Of a stretch of 64,000 nucleotides of DNA, positions 50,738-63,765 are shown in pieces. The position numbers were made by a program, and so were the translations under genes. The notes beneath the pieces are model-generated. The model made no database searches, was not told the origin of the DNA, and was given only the letters and a program-made list of their open reading frames with translations. The stretch's first letter is position 1. Each line of letters begins with the position of its first letter. Source of the stretch: Phaeosaccion multiseriatum (lineage: Eukaryota; Protista; Ochrophyta, other classes); assembly GCA_965112735.1 (NCBI GenBank), contig OZ218954.1:2542001-2606000 (forward strand). The letters run 5' to 3'.

Positions 50738-51385
50738 TAGACGGCAGCCACCCAACTTACCTCGAAGACAGTTTGACACCCATCCAGAAAGAGGGGAGAG
50801 AGAAAGAGTTCTTCTTCGAATGCTTCAAGAGGGGGTATCAACCACTGGTGCTCTGGTGTTCAACCTGTCTGCATGGTATGAGCAGCTCCAATCCAAATAC
50901 CCCGTGGCTTCGAAGAAACATAAATTCATGTCTTTACAAAGTTTCTGGTGAGCATCAAGCTCATGCACCGGCAGGTATCCGACTTACTTCCTTCTCCCTT
51001 TCTGAAAGATGGTCTTCTATGAATACTTTATCAACCACTCACTGGGTTTGCAGTCTCAACTGCGGTAGGGGGATAGGCTTTGCAGAGTGGGGGTGCATGC
51101 AGCTCTGAGCTGGCATACCATACCCCCCAGCATGGTCCATACTACTGGGTGTGTCTCAGTCATACGGAAAAGCTATGCCTTTTCCACCGTGCCCTCGAGT
51201 TGTGGAGTCTGGGGCTTGGGGGGGGGGGGGGGGATACGCCTTTTTAAGTGCCTTTTGACACAAAAAAAAGGAAGCCAAAAGTCGAAACCCTAGTGATCAA
51301 CCTTTCTGTGTGAAGAAGTCCAAATAACCCCTTGACTTGAACAACGTGGTTGGAGTCGGGTACGCGCTCTCTCGAATACATACAC

Positions 51386-52898
51386 TCAACTTGAGGCTTC
51401 ACGCAGTGCCTTCTTCATCTGCATGCGAAACTCCACAGCAAGCTTTCCACAGGGTGACAGACCTTGCTCATCCGAAGTGAGGAGCTTTTCGTCCTCCTCC
51501 ACTGTAGTGGCCTGCAGATCCTCAGCTAGGTTACCGTTGGCGAGCGCTTTCTTGGCCACTGCCACATCCTGTTGCCAGCTGCCACTTTGTGCAATAAAGC
51601 CATAATCCTGCCGATACCAAAGGGCTCAGGGAGATGAGTGAAAAGCAAAATCCTCAAAAAAATGGAAACAACCTTCTTGTCTCTCACCTGTACCAGCCTT
51701 TCACTTGTAGCAGTCCCCCCCGAGTAGGCGATGAAGACTTGGCTGCCCCGGGCAACGCTTTCACCCGCAACAACCCGGAGTTTCCCGCCGCTGGTTGCAC
51801 GGCCCGTCAGGACGTGCGGACTGCAAATTGAGCGCGTTGAAAGAGCAGAACACAAGGTCAGCCGAGAGTTTCCCCAAGTCGGGAGGGGGGGGGGCAATGG
51901 ATAGCGACGCACCTGGCAGCGTCGTGGTTGAACATGTCGATGGCAGGGATGAGGAGCTTGGCGGAGCGGGTACTGTCCGACGGATTGGCTACAGTAAAGG
52001 TTCGGCTGACCACGTTGAATACGGCCCACTTGAGCTCCTGCATCGTCACCTTCTTGCCGTGAAAGGACCCGAGCTCTATCTGGAAGATCATAAGGAGGGA
52101 AGCAGGCATTGTGTCGGCCATGCACTAAGCGGGCGGACAAGACAACGAAAAGTGAAGCTCGCACGACTCTTCATACCTGGGGTAGAATTACATTCTCATA
52201 GAGCTCGTGACATTTGCCGACACGGCTCAGCGTTTCCTCTTTCAGAGCTGGCCATTGACTCATGTCAAGCTCCTCCTGCGTCCAAAAGTCGGTTGTAGTC
52301 AAATCTGGGGAGTCCGGGGGGGGGAGGGACGCCATGTAGGGGGCCCATTCCGGATCTGACCACACCTTGGGGCAAACGAGACGAGAGAGGGCAAGAATGG
52401 AACAGTGGCACACGGAACCTACCATGATGGACACTTCCTTACCTTCAACAGCTCCAGGGCTGGCATACGTGGATCACCACTATCCACGCCAAGATTCAGT
52501 GAGGCCTCGTACGGGACTTCTAGTATACAACTTCCTTTCGCGATATCCTGCAACGCTATCACCCCTCGCAAGCCATCAAAGTCGGCCACTGCCAGCTTGT
52601 TCATGTTTACGCCACGCTCGTCCAGCCATGAATACAGGCTTTCCATCATCCCATCTCGGATAAGCACTCCAGCCGCGCCGGAAGAGCCATTTCCTTTCTT
52701 CTTCTCCTTCGTGACAGCTGAAAATCCTTTATAAGTGGAGGGCCCTCCTCCACCACCCCCCTTCCCCTTCTTCTTGGCCTTGGCGTGGCTCACCACTAAG
52801 CGCCTTTGATTCCTATGAGTGTCCACTCCTCCGCAAACGAATCCAAAAACATTGTCGAGCAGTAGGAGGTGCACAAGCAACACACATGCTTCCCTCAT
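51386..52898 (-). CDS. SET-domain lysine methyltransferase (RuBisCO LSMT/SETD3-like), probably plastid-targeted
   Basis: GLRGVIALQDIAKG, WAPYMASLP, WAVFNVVSRTF, LIPAIDMFNH, QVFIAYSGG...DYGF; N-terminal MREACVLLVHLLLLDNVFG-FV signal peptide. Confidence 0.88.
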
Positions 52899-53013
52899 GC
52901 CAAGCTTTGGTCGAAGGGGGAGAGCGAGTTGAGGGGAGATTTGAGGGAGCCGTATCACCAACTCGTGTTTTGTTGACTTCCCCAATCTCTCTTCCTCATT
53001 CGCTTTTGAAAGG

Positions 53014-54800
53014 ATGGAGCCATGGCTCCCTGGCAGCCTCGATGACGTGACGCTGCAGCACTGGGGCATGCTCGCCGGATGCATGGTCTTTGGCGCCACG
53101 CTTGCGGCCGTTTTGCTTCTGCTCGTGTGTGGGGGGTCCTTTCAAAGGATGGCGCAGGAGGTACGAGGGTCGAGAACTCACTGCAATGTGGTGGCCATGG
53201 GCTTCAGAGCCCCTGTGTTTTTTTTTTTTAAGTGTTCACTTTCTACCCTAATTCTCGGCCGAGCCGCGACAGGCAGGAGTCTTCCAAGAGGATGGAAAGG
53301 AAGGGCTTAAAGAGCATCTGCAGGCTCGGCCCATTCTCTACAGCGAGTTGTTGGCTGCGGCAGCGTCGCTTCCGCTCCAGCCGGTGCTTCCAGAAGCTTC
53401 GCTCCCCGGCGACCGATTGAAGATTGCGGCTTTGACCGAAGCTTCGGTGGAAGACGTTTACAACGCATCAAATGGGTATCCTACCACGTGAGTGTGACTC
53501 AGACTTGCAGGAGGGTTTTGAGACTTGATAGGGACCCGCCCGGGCGGCTGCTGTGGTTATTCATCAACAGGCTGGGCAGTGCATACGATGCTGAGAGACT
53601 GTGGCGCTTCCTGCCCATGGGTCCCTTCAACTCGCTGGCGGAGTTTCGCGAGGTACGCTTTTTGAGAGTGAGAGGCTGATACGGATACGGCGGCGCCTTG
53701 ACGAGGTTTGGCGCCCTTCGCCCCTCGTTTTCTCTCGTCTTTCCAAGGGTGCAATGGCTACATGCCCGAAAGACGGCCTGCGGTGCGTCATTGTGCACCG
53801 GGAACTGGGACGCCCAATAGGTATGTTTAGTACCTAGCCCCATTACAAGGTGGTAGTTCCTTTAATCATGCTTTACATGATGAGTCTCCTCCTCTTTCTT
53901 CTGTTGGGCTCTCAGGAATGGTGTCGCTGTTGAGGAATAGACCAAGAGACTTACGGGTGGAGGTAAGTTTCGTGTTATCGACTGAGGCACAATGGCTCCG
54001 GCATTCGTCAGCTGTCCTTCCGAACCGAATACCCCTCTGCACAGATTGGAGACATGTGGTTGCATCCTTCCTTCCGTGGTCAATTGTTGGCCACCGAGGC
54101 TGTGGCCTTACTGCTGGAGCACCTTTTCGAACTCGGATATAGACGGGTGGAGTGGATCACCGACGCCCAGGTCGGTACAAATGGCGAGGGGAAGGGTTTG
54201 TATGCGGTGACTTGACTTCTGGCCAGGTAGGTATGCACTATCAGCAAGGGTGTCCGTGAGGTACACACCCAAGCCCGACCTCCCCAATGGAGGGCGCTTT
54301 GGAAAGGAGTCACTCCTCCTTTCCCACTGGTTCATTGGCCCCATTTCCACATGACTAGGGACCATGCAGGGGGGTATGGTATGAAGCTCCCCAGGATACA
54401 TGGCCCCCTACCGGACTCCATTTTTCGTCCTTTGATAGTGCATAATACCCTAGCCCTGGCCAAGAGTCGAGGCCCAGTGACTCCACCTCAACCCCCTCCC
54501 CCCCCGCACGCTCTACCTCACAGGATGCAAAGAGCATGGCCTTCGCAGAGAATTTGGGGTTTCTTCATGAGGGAACCCTCCGCAAACATCGAATATGTGG
54601 GCAAACCAACAGGTGCGCGTTTCGTTTTCCCTCTCCCATCTATCTCCATTACCCTGCTGCTGTCTCATACACATCCATTCCACAGGGACGAAGCGGTTTT
54701 CTCCGTGCTCAATAACGAGTGGAGGGACGCCCTTCAGGCGCAATTTCGAAAGATTTTGCAGCTGACGGCCAAGCCAGAGAAGGCAAAGGCCTCGAAATGA
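53014..54800 (+). CDS. GNAT acetyltransferase (RimJ/RimL family) with N-terminal hydrophobic segment
   Basis: Spliced: LWRFLPMGPF, VE|IGDMWLHPSFRG...ATEAVALLLEHLFELGYRRVEW, AENLGFLHEGTLRKH, RDEAVFSVLNNEW. Confidence 0.88.
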
Positions 54801-55011
54801 GTTGTTCTCGAATGTATTTTATTCCTCTCAAGGCTTCCCCAGTCCTCAAGACGAGCAATCCATTCTTCCATGCCCGCGCGCGACGCCCGTTTTTGGTACT
54901 ATACATTGCACATTATTCCGCTTTCTCCTCCTCCTCCTCCTCCTCCTCGTCCCCCGGAATCACCAAAGTGAGCGCCGCGGCCTCATGCTCATGTTCAAGC
55001 CCTCACATCAA

Positions 55012-56030
55012 TCAGTCCACCTTCTTTCGGAAGGAGCATCCCTGAACACAGTGCAGAAAACGAAACCATCATGAGGGACAAGTCAAGAACAAAATACGGG
55101 AAGAGGGAGATTAGCCGCCATCATGAGGGGACATTCAGTGAGCGAGAGGGGCCTTGTAGAACAATGGGGAGACCACCCTTCCCCCGCCTTGTAGAACGCC
55201 GGGAGACCAGCCGTAATCTACGTACCTCTGTGAGCCTCGCCTTTCCTCCTGTGGGCTGGCAGAGCATCATCGAGCAAGAACCGCAAAGAACGACAGTCTG
55301 TGGTACGGAGATTGTTAAGGAGTTGCAGGGGGAGGGAAGGTCTCAGGGGCCATCAAGTCTACACGCGAGGTTAGTCTCTCAAACATACTCCACACCCCGT
55401 CTACCTCTACCCACTCTCCTCTTCTCCGGCCGCCGACTCTCCTCAACAACACCACCACACGTACCTGGGCGTGGCTGAAGACGGTTGTGATGCTAAAGCA
55501 TCCGGGACACTTCACATCCATGAAGAAGCTGTAAAAGAGCAGCGGACACAACGGGTGGGACAGGCGCAGGGGAGGCTCGTCCATTATTGGAGGCAGCGCC
55601 TAGACACACGCAGCGTATCGGCCTCTCGGACAACTCCCGCCGAGCAAAGGGAAACTGATGGGAAATTCCGAGCAGCACTGTCTCATCAAAGCTGCTTGCT
55701 GGTGCCGAGCTCCGCCCTGTCCCCCCTGACCCTGAGCTTTGCCCTGCCCACCGCCCCCCTCCACAAGCCCTCCCCCGCCACTCCAGGAGATAGTGAGCCG
55801 CAAATGCCGGCCTTCGAGCGACCAGTTTGCAACCCCACTGGCTCTGCCTCATAGTGAGGAGGCTAGAGAAACAAAGCGAGCTCTCCTCACCCTCGCCCTC
55901 GCCCACCCTCTCTGCTGCTGCATCCTCTGCTCTTTCCCTTTTCTCACCTGTTGGGCGACTGCACTAGCCGCTTCAGCTTATGACATCGCTTCTCCTCCGA
56001 CGCCGAGGGGTGGAGTAGATCGCGGGGCAT
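55012..56030 (-). CDS. RPS27: 40S ribosomal protein S27 (4 exons)
   Basis: [28 protein letters not shown]|[21 protein letters not shown]|[24 protein letters not shown]|GCSFRKKVD*. Confidence 0.97.
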
Positions 56031-56174
56031 GGTGCTCCGTAGGATGTCCTTTGGGTTGGGAATGCTCCAGCAGCGCTCTCCGGCCAAGAAAAAAAAACCC
56101 GGGGGGGGGGCTGTAGATGGCACCGGATGGCTTTACTCTTATTTTACTTTTTCTGTCCACACCTCTTTCTCCCA

Positions 56175-59100
56175 ATGGACGCGGCCTTCTCCTCCCTCTG
56201 CAGTGGGTCTACTGTTCATTTCGCCAAAGATCAACGGAGACGCGGAGACTCTGCTGTCCCTGCTGCTGCTGCGGCAGCTCCCATCGATAACTCGGCTAAA
56301 GCGGGAGCTGGTGCACCTGATCCGCTCGACTTCTTCGGGAGGACAGCAGGAAAGGCGACCCAGAGAAAAGAAGGGCTTAAGGGGGGGGCGGCTCGTGCGA
56401 AACCGAGAGAGAATAAGAAGGGAGAACAGGATGGTGACGAGAAGGAGGCCGGCACCTCTTCGTCAGCTTCGGAGGAGGGTGACGAGCAGCAAGACGATGG
56501 CGATGGCGTGCAGCTTTTCACCGGCCAAGCTGTAGAGGCGGTACGATCTCATCGGAAGCGACAACGCAGTCAGGTGCAGGCGGCAGCAACAAAGCAGATT
56601 CTGAAGGAGCAAGTCGCCCACTTCCGAAGACGACTGGGCATTACGGTGGGTGTTTGCGTGAGTGTGTTTGGGTCGAGTAGTGTGGGGCTTCCACTGACGT
56701 TGTTCTTGTTACCTCACAGGTGCACGGCTCAGATGTCGCAGACCCCATGGAGAGCTTTGAGAAAATGCCGCTTCCCACCTTCGATGTGGACAATGAAGGG
56801 GCCAGTAGCAAGAGGGGTGCGGAGGAAAGCAGTGCCCTACTGAGGAGTTTGCTGCTGCGCAACATTGAAAAGTCGCTGTGGAAAGAGCCCACGCCCATCC
56901 AGATGCAGGCGATTCCGGTATTGTTGGAGGGAAGAGACGTCATCGCCGCGGCACCCACGGGGTCAGGTATGTCACGCACTGCTGCTGTCTGAGCGTTCAG
57001 CCAGCCTTACTCTTTAGTGTGGTGCCTTTTAGGTAAGACGGCGGCGTTCGTCCTCCCCACGCTTGCGCGTCTAAAGGGGCCGAGAAAGGCTGGACATCAG
57101 GGTACGTACGCACGTGTGGGTGTGGGGGGGGTGGTTGTTGGGTGCATCCGTCCAACGGCCGCGATTGGTAGTAGGAGAAGTAGGTGTATCTCCTTCGCCA
57201 CCCCCCTAGCTGGGGCATGGCTTCGCAGGACAAGGCGGCTAGTGCTGGTACTGCTGCTGCCGCTACTGCTGTCGCTGCTGGTGCTGGTACTGATGATGGT
57301 GGTGGTGCTGGGGCTGGTGCTACTGCTGGTGCTGCTCTGGCAGTGCCATTGCTGCTTCTCGTCCTCTGCCCCACCTTCCTGTATATTGGGCAGCGCTTGT
57401 AACGCCCTTTGCTCTTCTGTTGGGGTGCAGGTGAAGGCCACTCTGCTGAGGACAGAGGTATCCGGGCGGTACTCCTCTCGCCGACGAGAGAACTTAGCGC
57501 ACAGATTTTCGGAGAGGTGGTGCGGCTCTGCGCGGGCCGGAAGTTCAAGGTGGGTTGAAGGGCATTCGCAGATTCTGAAACTTGCGTCAAAACCAATAAC
57601 GACATCCCTCTGCCCCAGATCTGTCATCTGACCAAGGATAAGGCAGCAGCCGCTGTCAGCTCTCGCGAGAAGAGTGCTCTGGACGGCTTCGACGTTCTGG
57701 TGGCCACTCCTATGCGACTCGTGTCAGTGATGAGAGACAGAGCCGTAAACCTGAGCCGGGTAGGATGCTGGAATAGACCACACTTGTTGTGCTCGTGTTG
57801 GCTCCACAAGTGAAGCTCACTCAGTTTCTGCTCTTGTCGGCCCACTAGGTGGAAATTGTGGTTCTGGATGAAGCAGACAAGCTTTTTGACACGGGAAAGG
57901 AAGGGAAGGCGGCTCACACGTCGTTCATCGCGCAAGTTGACGAGGTGGGACTTTGACACCAAGGTTCCCTGTAGTCGAATGTATGAAACTGACTGACCTC
58001 TCTCTGTTCGGGGGACTCGCTTTTATCTTCAGGTGCTTGCGGCCTGCTCGGCCAAGGGCTGTCAGAGAGCCCTTTTTTCGGCGACTCTGGGAGAGCATGT
58101 AAGAAAATCAACTGCTGTACCTGTGCCGGGTGGAACAGAGTGCTTAGAATGGCCGCTTGCTTCTCTGTGTGTGTGTTGTGTCTACGAAGGTGCGCGACTT
58201 GGCGACGAGCGTTCTGCGTGACGCGGTGCACATCACAGTGGGCACCGGTAACGCTGCTGCCTCCACGATCGACCAGAAGCTGACCTTTGTAGGCAGCGAA
58301 GAGGGAAAGCTCGTGGTACGTGCCGCACCTCCTCCCCGCTGAGCGTCGGTGAAGAGAGGCCTCCCTCCTTCGCCTCACTGCGTCCCTCGCGCCTTGCTTT
58401 CGTTCCCCGCCAGGCGATCCGGCAGCTAGTGCAGGAGGGCCTCACGCCTCCGGTGCTCATTTTCCTGCAGAGTAAGGAGCGAGCCAAGGAGCTTTTCCAC
58501 GAGCTTGTGTACGACGGCATCAACGTCGACTTTATGACGGCCGACAGGACGCCTGTGAGTCAGGGAGCGGTGTCTTACACTGGCGTTGTTGTTTATCTTA
58601 CATGTTGTGGTCCTTCCCTTCACGTTACGCTACGCATGCGTGCGCGCGTGCGCTCCCATTCGTGCAGGACCAGCGCGAGCGTATCATGCAGCGCTTTCGG
58701 ACAGGAGACATTTGGGTGCTGCTCTGCACAGACCTCATGGCTCGAGGAGTAGACTTCAAAGGCGTCAAGATGGTGGTCAATTATGACTTCCCGCAGTCTG
58801 CCGTGAGCTACATTCACCGCATCGGTCGTACAGGAAGGGCAGGAAGGCAAGTCTTCGGCCCCAAGTAATGCCTGCTGCTGCTATGGAGCTTACTTCTCCC
58901 TCTCTTGTGGTCTCTCCCCTCCAGGCGCGGTACGGCTGTAACGCTGTTCACTGAGGACGACCTGGAGATGCTGCGCAGCATTGCCAACGTCATCAAGCTC
59001 AGCGGCTGTGACATTCCCTCGTGGATGACAAGCATGAAGAAGCTCCGAGCCAGCGACAAGAGAAAGATGGGGGTAAGTGACACAAGACCTTCTCCTTCGT

Positions 59101-59234
59101 CTTGATGCCTGTCTCTCACTGTCGTCGAACTCCTCTGTCCGCCTCCGTAGGTCAGCGCTCGACGACGCAAAGGAGTGGCTACGATCAGTCGCTATGACAG
59201 GAAGCTGTCGAAAAAGAGAAAACACGCTGCGTAG
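56175..59234 (+). CDS. DDX52: DEAD-box RNA helicase Rok1/DDX52
   Basis: [68 protein letters not shown]...[20 protein letters not shown]. Confidence 0.94.
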
Positions 59235-59596
59235 ATTCTCATGAGATGAGCAGGGGGACGAACACGCCTTACCACCTGCCTGGAAAGAGCACAGGCAGAA
59301 TGGATGCAAAGACAGGGCAGATGCGAAGGCTTTTCGAGGATGTTATGCTCGCGCTGGCTGTGGGGGGTTCCTCTGCTCTGGCGTAGTAGGATCTCTGGCG
59401 TTGAAGACACAGAGTCATCCGGAGGACGGGCTAATATCAGTTTTGTTTATAAAGTCGCGGCCCAGCGCAAGGCACCGCCGCATTCTTCCCCCCCCCCCCT
59501 GCTTTCCAACACTACTATTCACCCGGAAGCTTGCATGGCTGCGTGAGAACATCATGGGCAAAGTCGAGCTCAAGGAGCGGGTATGGCCAAGCCACC

Positions 59597-60296
59597 TCAT
59601 CGCTCAAACACCACGACCATCTCGCAGTGGGGCGTATGTGGGAAGAGGTCAACTGGCATCGCCTGAGACGCGGGAAACAATTTTGCAAAGGGTCAAGAAT
59701 TTGGGTGTCAGCTTTTCCGAAGTATGGGCGGTCGCGCGTTCACCGACGTGGTGGGGGAGAGGGAGAGAGGAAAGGGGGTGAGAGAGGAGGGAGGGAAGGA
59801 GGGAGGGAAGGAGGGAGGAGAGGAAAGGAGGGAGAAGATAGAGGGAAGGAGGAGGGAAGCAGAGAGGGAGATGGTGAGGAGGGAGGGAGGGAGGAGAGGG
59901 AGGAGAGGGGGAGAGAGAGGAGAGAGGGAGAGAGAGAAACAAAGGGAGGGAGGGAGAGAAAGAGGGACAAAGCGGAAGGGAGGGAAGGGAGGACAAGAGG
60001 GGGGGAGGAAGGAAGGGAAAGGGAGAGAAAGAGAGAGCGGGAGGGAGGGAGATGGACAGAGAGAGGAGGGAGGAGAGGGAGAACGAGGGAGGGAGCGATA
60101 GAGGGAGGAAGGGAGAGACTCGAGAGAGGGAGCGGGAATCTGGGAGGGAGGAGAGGGAGAAGAAGAGAACGAGAGGGAGGAGAGGGACAGGGAGAGGGAG
60201 AGAGACAAAGAGAGAGGAAGGGAGCGGGAGGGAGGGAGGGAGGAGAGGGAGAGAAGGGGAACGAGAGGGAGGGAGGAGAGTGAGGGAGAGAGAGAA

Positions 60297-60340
<44 letters not shown>

Positions 60341-60729
60341 GGAGGGTGAGGGAGAAAGAGAGCGGGAGGGAGGAGAGGAGAGAGAGAGGGAGAGAGAGAG
60401 GGAGGGAAGAGAGGGAGGAGAGAGAGGAGAGGGAGCGGGAGGGAGAGAGAGAAAGAGGGAGGGAAAGAGAGAGAGAGAGGGAAGGAAGGAGAGGCCGAGG
60501 GGGAGGTGGGGAGGAAAAGGGCACTAGGGGTCTGATGGCATCGCCTGATGTCGAAATGAAGTGTGCAAAGGGTCAAGTTAGCGGCACCCCCAGGCAAGTA
60601 CCTTGACTGGTCGGAAAGGCTTCCCCCTGAACTTCTTGCTCTCAAACTGGCAGAGCATATTGGCATTTGGGGGCAGGCTGTTCCGGGGATTGCAGCTTAT
60701 ATAGACAACCCGGTCGATGGCGCTGCACC

Positions 60730-60760
<31 letters not shown>

Positions 60761-63615
60761 ACACGGGAGTTGTTGGCTGTTGTCAAAACGCAGGGGTGTG
60801 TGGCTTGCGGAAGGGGTAGTGATGCACGAGTACATGACGGCGTAACAGGCCTCCCCACCTGCACTCTCGAATGGCTATTAGAACGTCTGGGTGCAAGCCA
60901 GCTCTCGGCGGGTCCACCACACAGGACACCTTTCGCAGAGGCTCATTCGGCGACTCTTTGAGCATGCTCTTCATCGCCGTCTCTGCCTTTGCGCATATGA
61001 AGCGCGCATTCGTAATGCCGTTGGCTACTGCGTTTGCCTCCGCATCGTCGGTCGCTGCCTTGCACAGCTCTACTCCAATGAGCTGCACATCCTCCGAATC
61101 CTCACTTGCGCCTTTGTTGACGGCAGCTTGCTGAGCACAGCACAGTCCTAAAAGGGAGAGAGAAGGAGACACACGAATTAGGTGGCGCCTGGGGTGAGCA
61201 GGCAAGTAGCGAGACGTGTAGCGCACGTACCAATAGTGCCCGTCCCACAGCACACGTCCAGGATAAGCCTGCGAGCCTTTCCCGGTGTCTCAGCGCTTGC
61301 TGCGGCACCAGAATCGCCTTGCAAGGCCGGGGCTGCGGGGGTGTCGCCCTGGGTGCAGCTGCTTCTTTCTGCGGCTTGACCCTCTTCCAACAGATGGTCG
61401 ACGACTGTTTTGTACAATACCTCTGCTCCCTGCGTGTTAACCTGTGGTAGCAGCACGCGAGCGAATTGGCTTCTTGCTTGGAATAACAATGACGTAAACC
61501 GAGATCTCACCTGGAAGAAGGCTCCCGGCGATATGCGGAAAGTCTGTCCTAGGATCTTCTCGTGGATGTACGGAGTGCCATGGACCAGCTCCATTGGGTC
61601 ATCTGGTTCCGGACATCCAGCACCATCATATGGCTGAATGTGCAGCGAGGACAGCGACCCTAGGGACGAGTAACACACAGCTACTTAGACACTGCGCGAA
61701 AAAGATGGGGAAGATTTGACTCTTCGTGCTCAACAACGTGGGAAAGCCTTCTCACCATTGCTCGGAGGGGTGCACAGACTGGCAATCATCCGTGCCTTCT
61801 CCTTGTCCCACAGCCACTCCTCGCCGTCGACAGTGGGCTTCGGAATGGACGCAAGCGACACGATGAAAAAGGCCATAACCTCCCCAGAGGCCTCGGACAG
61901 TCGCACGGTCAACTGACGCCAGACGCCCTGCAGAGAGTATCAAGTGGGTCGAGTCAGCAGCAAGGCGGTTTCCTCAAGTACGACGCCAAACACACTCACT
62001 GTGTGCGTAACGAGGTTGTAAGGCTGGAACGGACTGCTCGCCAGGAAGTCCTCGACGGCCAGGCACAGCTCCTTCATGACAGGAGGCACATGCGGACAGT
62101 CTGTCGGCCTCCCAACTCTCAGGCAGCCGTCTTCGAAGGCACCCTGCCGAAACCCCACCACGGGTTTCCCTGAGCGAGAGGAGGGGGGTGCTTGTTGACG
62201 CTGGGCAGGGCGGGCGAAAGAGAAATGTTGGGAACTCCTGAAGGGCTCACCTTGCTCGTCCTTGGCAATGCTAAACTCACACTTGTTCCGATACCCCTCT
62301 TTCCTAAAGGAAAGCAAAGGTTATGCGTGTCAGTCTTCCTCGGCCTCGGATTGTAGATAAAAAAAAGGGTAACAAAAGTAGAAGGAGGCCTCACTTGGGG
62401 GCCGCGAGAATGGGGTCCATTTGAAAGGCCAGCTCCTTGCCTCCACTTGCGGCCAGCCATTCCGGGATAGTCAGCGCCTTGATCTTATCCTCGCTCTGAA
62501 AGCACATCAGTTGCAAAATAGAGGAATGGGCTCTAGTCTGGTTTCATCCCTGGCTCACAGTAAAAGGTTTCACCCACCAGTTTCTCCTTCGGCGCCGATT
62601 TCTTTCGCTTAATCATTTCCTTCTTGATGAGATTTTGCATCTTGAGTAGGCTCTCGTTGAGCATTGCTTTCTCCTTCTGGGCCTTCAAGGGTTTTAGGCA
62701 CGAGATACAGACATGAGAAGAAACAGAAGCACCTCTAGACCGTCCTTCCCCCCCCCCCTCGCTGTACTCACCAGCTGATCTTCATAGCTCATGTGAAACC
62801 ATGGGCAAGTCTGACACAAGAAACGCACAGCAGTAGGTCATAAGAAACACTCAAGATCAACTTATTTCCGTGCGGGAGAGGAGCTTACCGCCTCCACGAC
62901 GCCCTTGACCTCCCTGGGCTTCTTAGTCACGGCTCTGGGGTCGTCTTCATCGCTCCTTCCCCTTTTGGTCATGAGCATCAAAGCTTCCTCCCTTGTAGTG
63001 GGGCGGCCACTCCTAGTCACCTGGTTGTGCCAAGAGAGAAGGCTCAATACACGATATAGGCGGCCCTTGCCTCCCTCCTCCACGCACCGTTATAGGGCGC
63101 CCCTTGCACACCCACTTCTTCAGGAGCTGCAGCGCCTTGTCGGCCTCGTCTGTGTCCTTGAAGGTTAGGAGGGCCATGGACCGCTTCGGAATCTTCGTCA
63201 CCTTGTGCACAGAAAAGCCGAGCCCCTGCTGCGCCAAGCTGCGCTCTACGTCACGCCGCCCCAAGTACTTGTTGAAGCCGCAGGCCACAAGCTTGGGCCT
63301 CTCAGTATTGTCCACCCCGAGGGAAGCTCCCTCCATCTCTCCTAACCCTTCTGGCTCTTCCGTATTTGCGGCCGCGGCTGGAGCAGCCCCCACAGCGACG
63401 GAAGATCCCTCCCCAGATCCGGGTTCTTCCGGCTCTTCCGTATTTGCGGCCGCGGCTGGAGCACCCCCCACAGCGACGGAAGATCCCTCCCCAGATCCGG
63501 GTTCTTCTGCAACATCGCCCCCCGCTGGAGCAGCGGCAACAACATTGGCCCCCGTTGGAGCAGCGGCGGTAGTAGGAGAAGTATCCATACTGCCCCTGGT
63601 GAGAATGGCGCCCAT
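59597..63615 (-). CDS. TRMT2A: tRNA (uracil-5-)-methyltransferase, TRMT2A/TrmA family, with N-terminal RRM-like region
   Basis: GYRNKCEFSI, FRISPGAFFQ|VN, LDVCCGTGTIG, VVDPPRAGLH, VYISCNP, final exon PVDLFPHTPHCEMVVVFER*. Confidence 0.92.
59752..60520. repeat. ~770-bp GA-rich polypurine tract in the last TRMT2A intron
   Basis: Almost exclusively G/A on the plus strand; lies between exons ending near 60602 and 59662. Confidence 0.92.
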
Positions 63616-63722
63616 ATAAGAGGGGGGAGAGAGAATGAAGGGGGTGCGGATTACAACTCGCCTACTCATCACAAATGGCTTCTCTCTCTCTCATTTTCTC
63701 TTCATAGATGGCACTTAATAAA

Positions 63723-63724
<2 letters not shown>

Positions 63725-63761
<37 letters not shown>
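63725..63761. repeat. (CT)n microsatellite
   Basis: Perfect tc dinucleotide run upstream of TRMT2A. Confidence 0.9.

Positions 63762-63765
<4 letters not shown>

Noticed and set aside
50750-51070. Minus-strand splice-like signals between PRP18 and the SET gene
   Set aside because: The candidate exon has stops in all frames; at most a spliced 3' UTR.
59531-60666. Long G/R/E or S/L/P ORFs
   Set aside because: Polypurine tract inside a TRMT2A intron.
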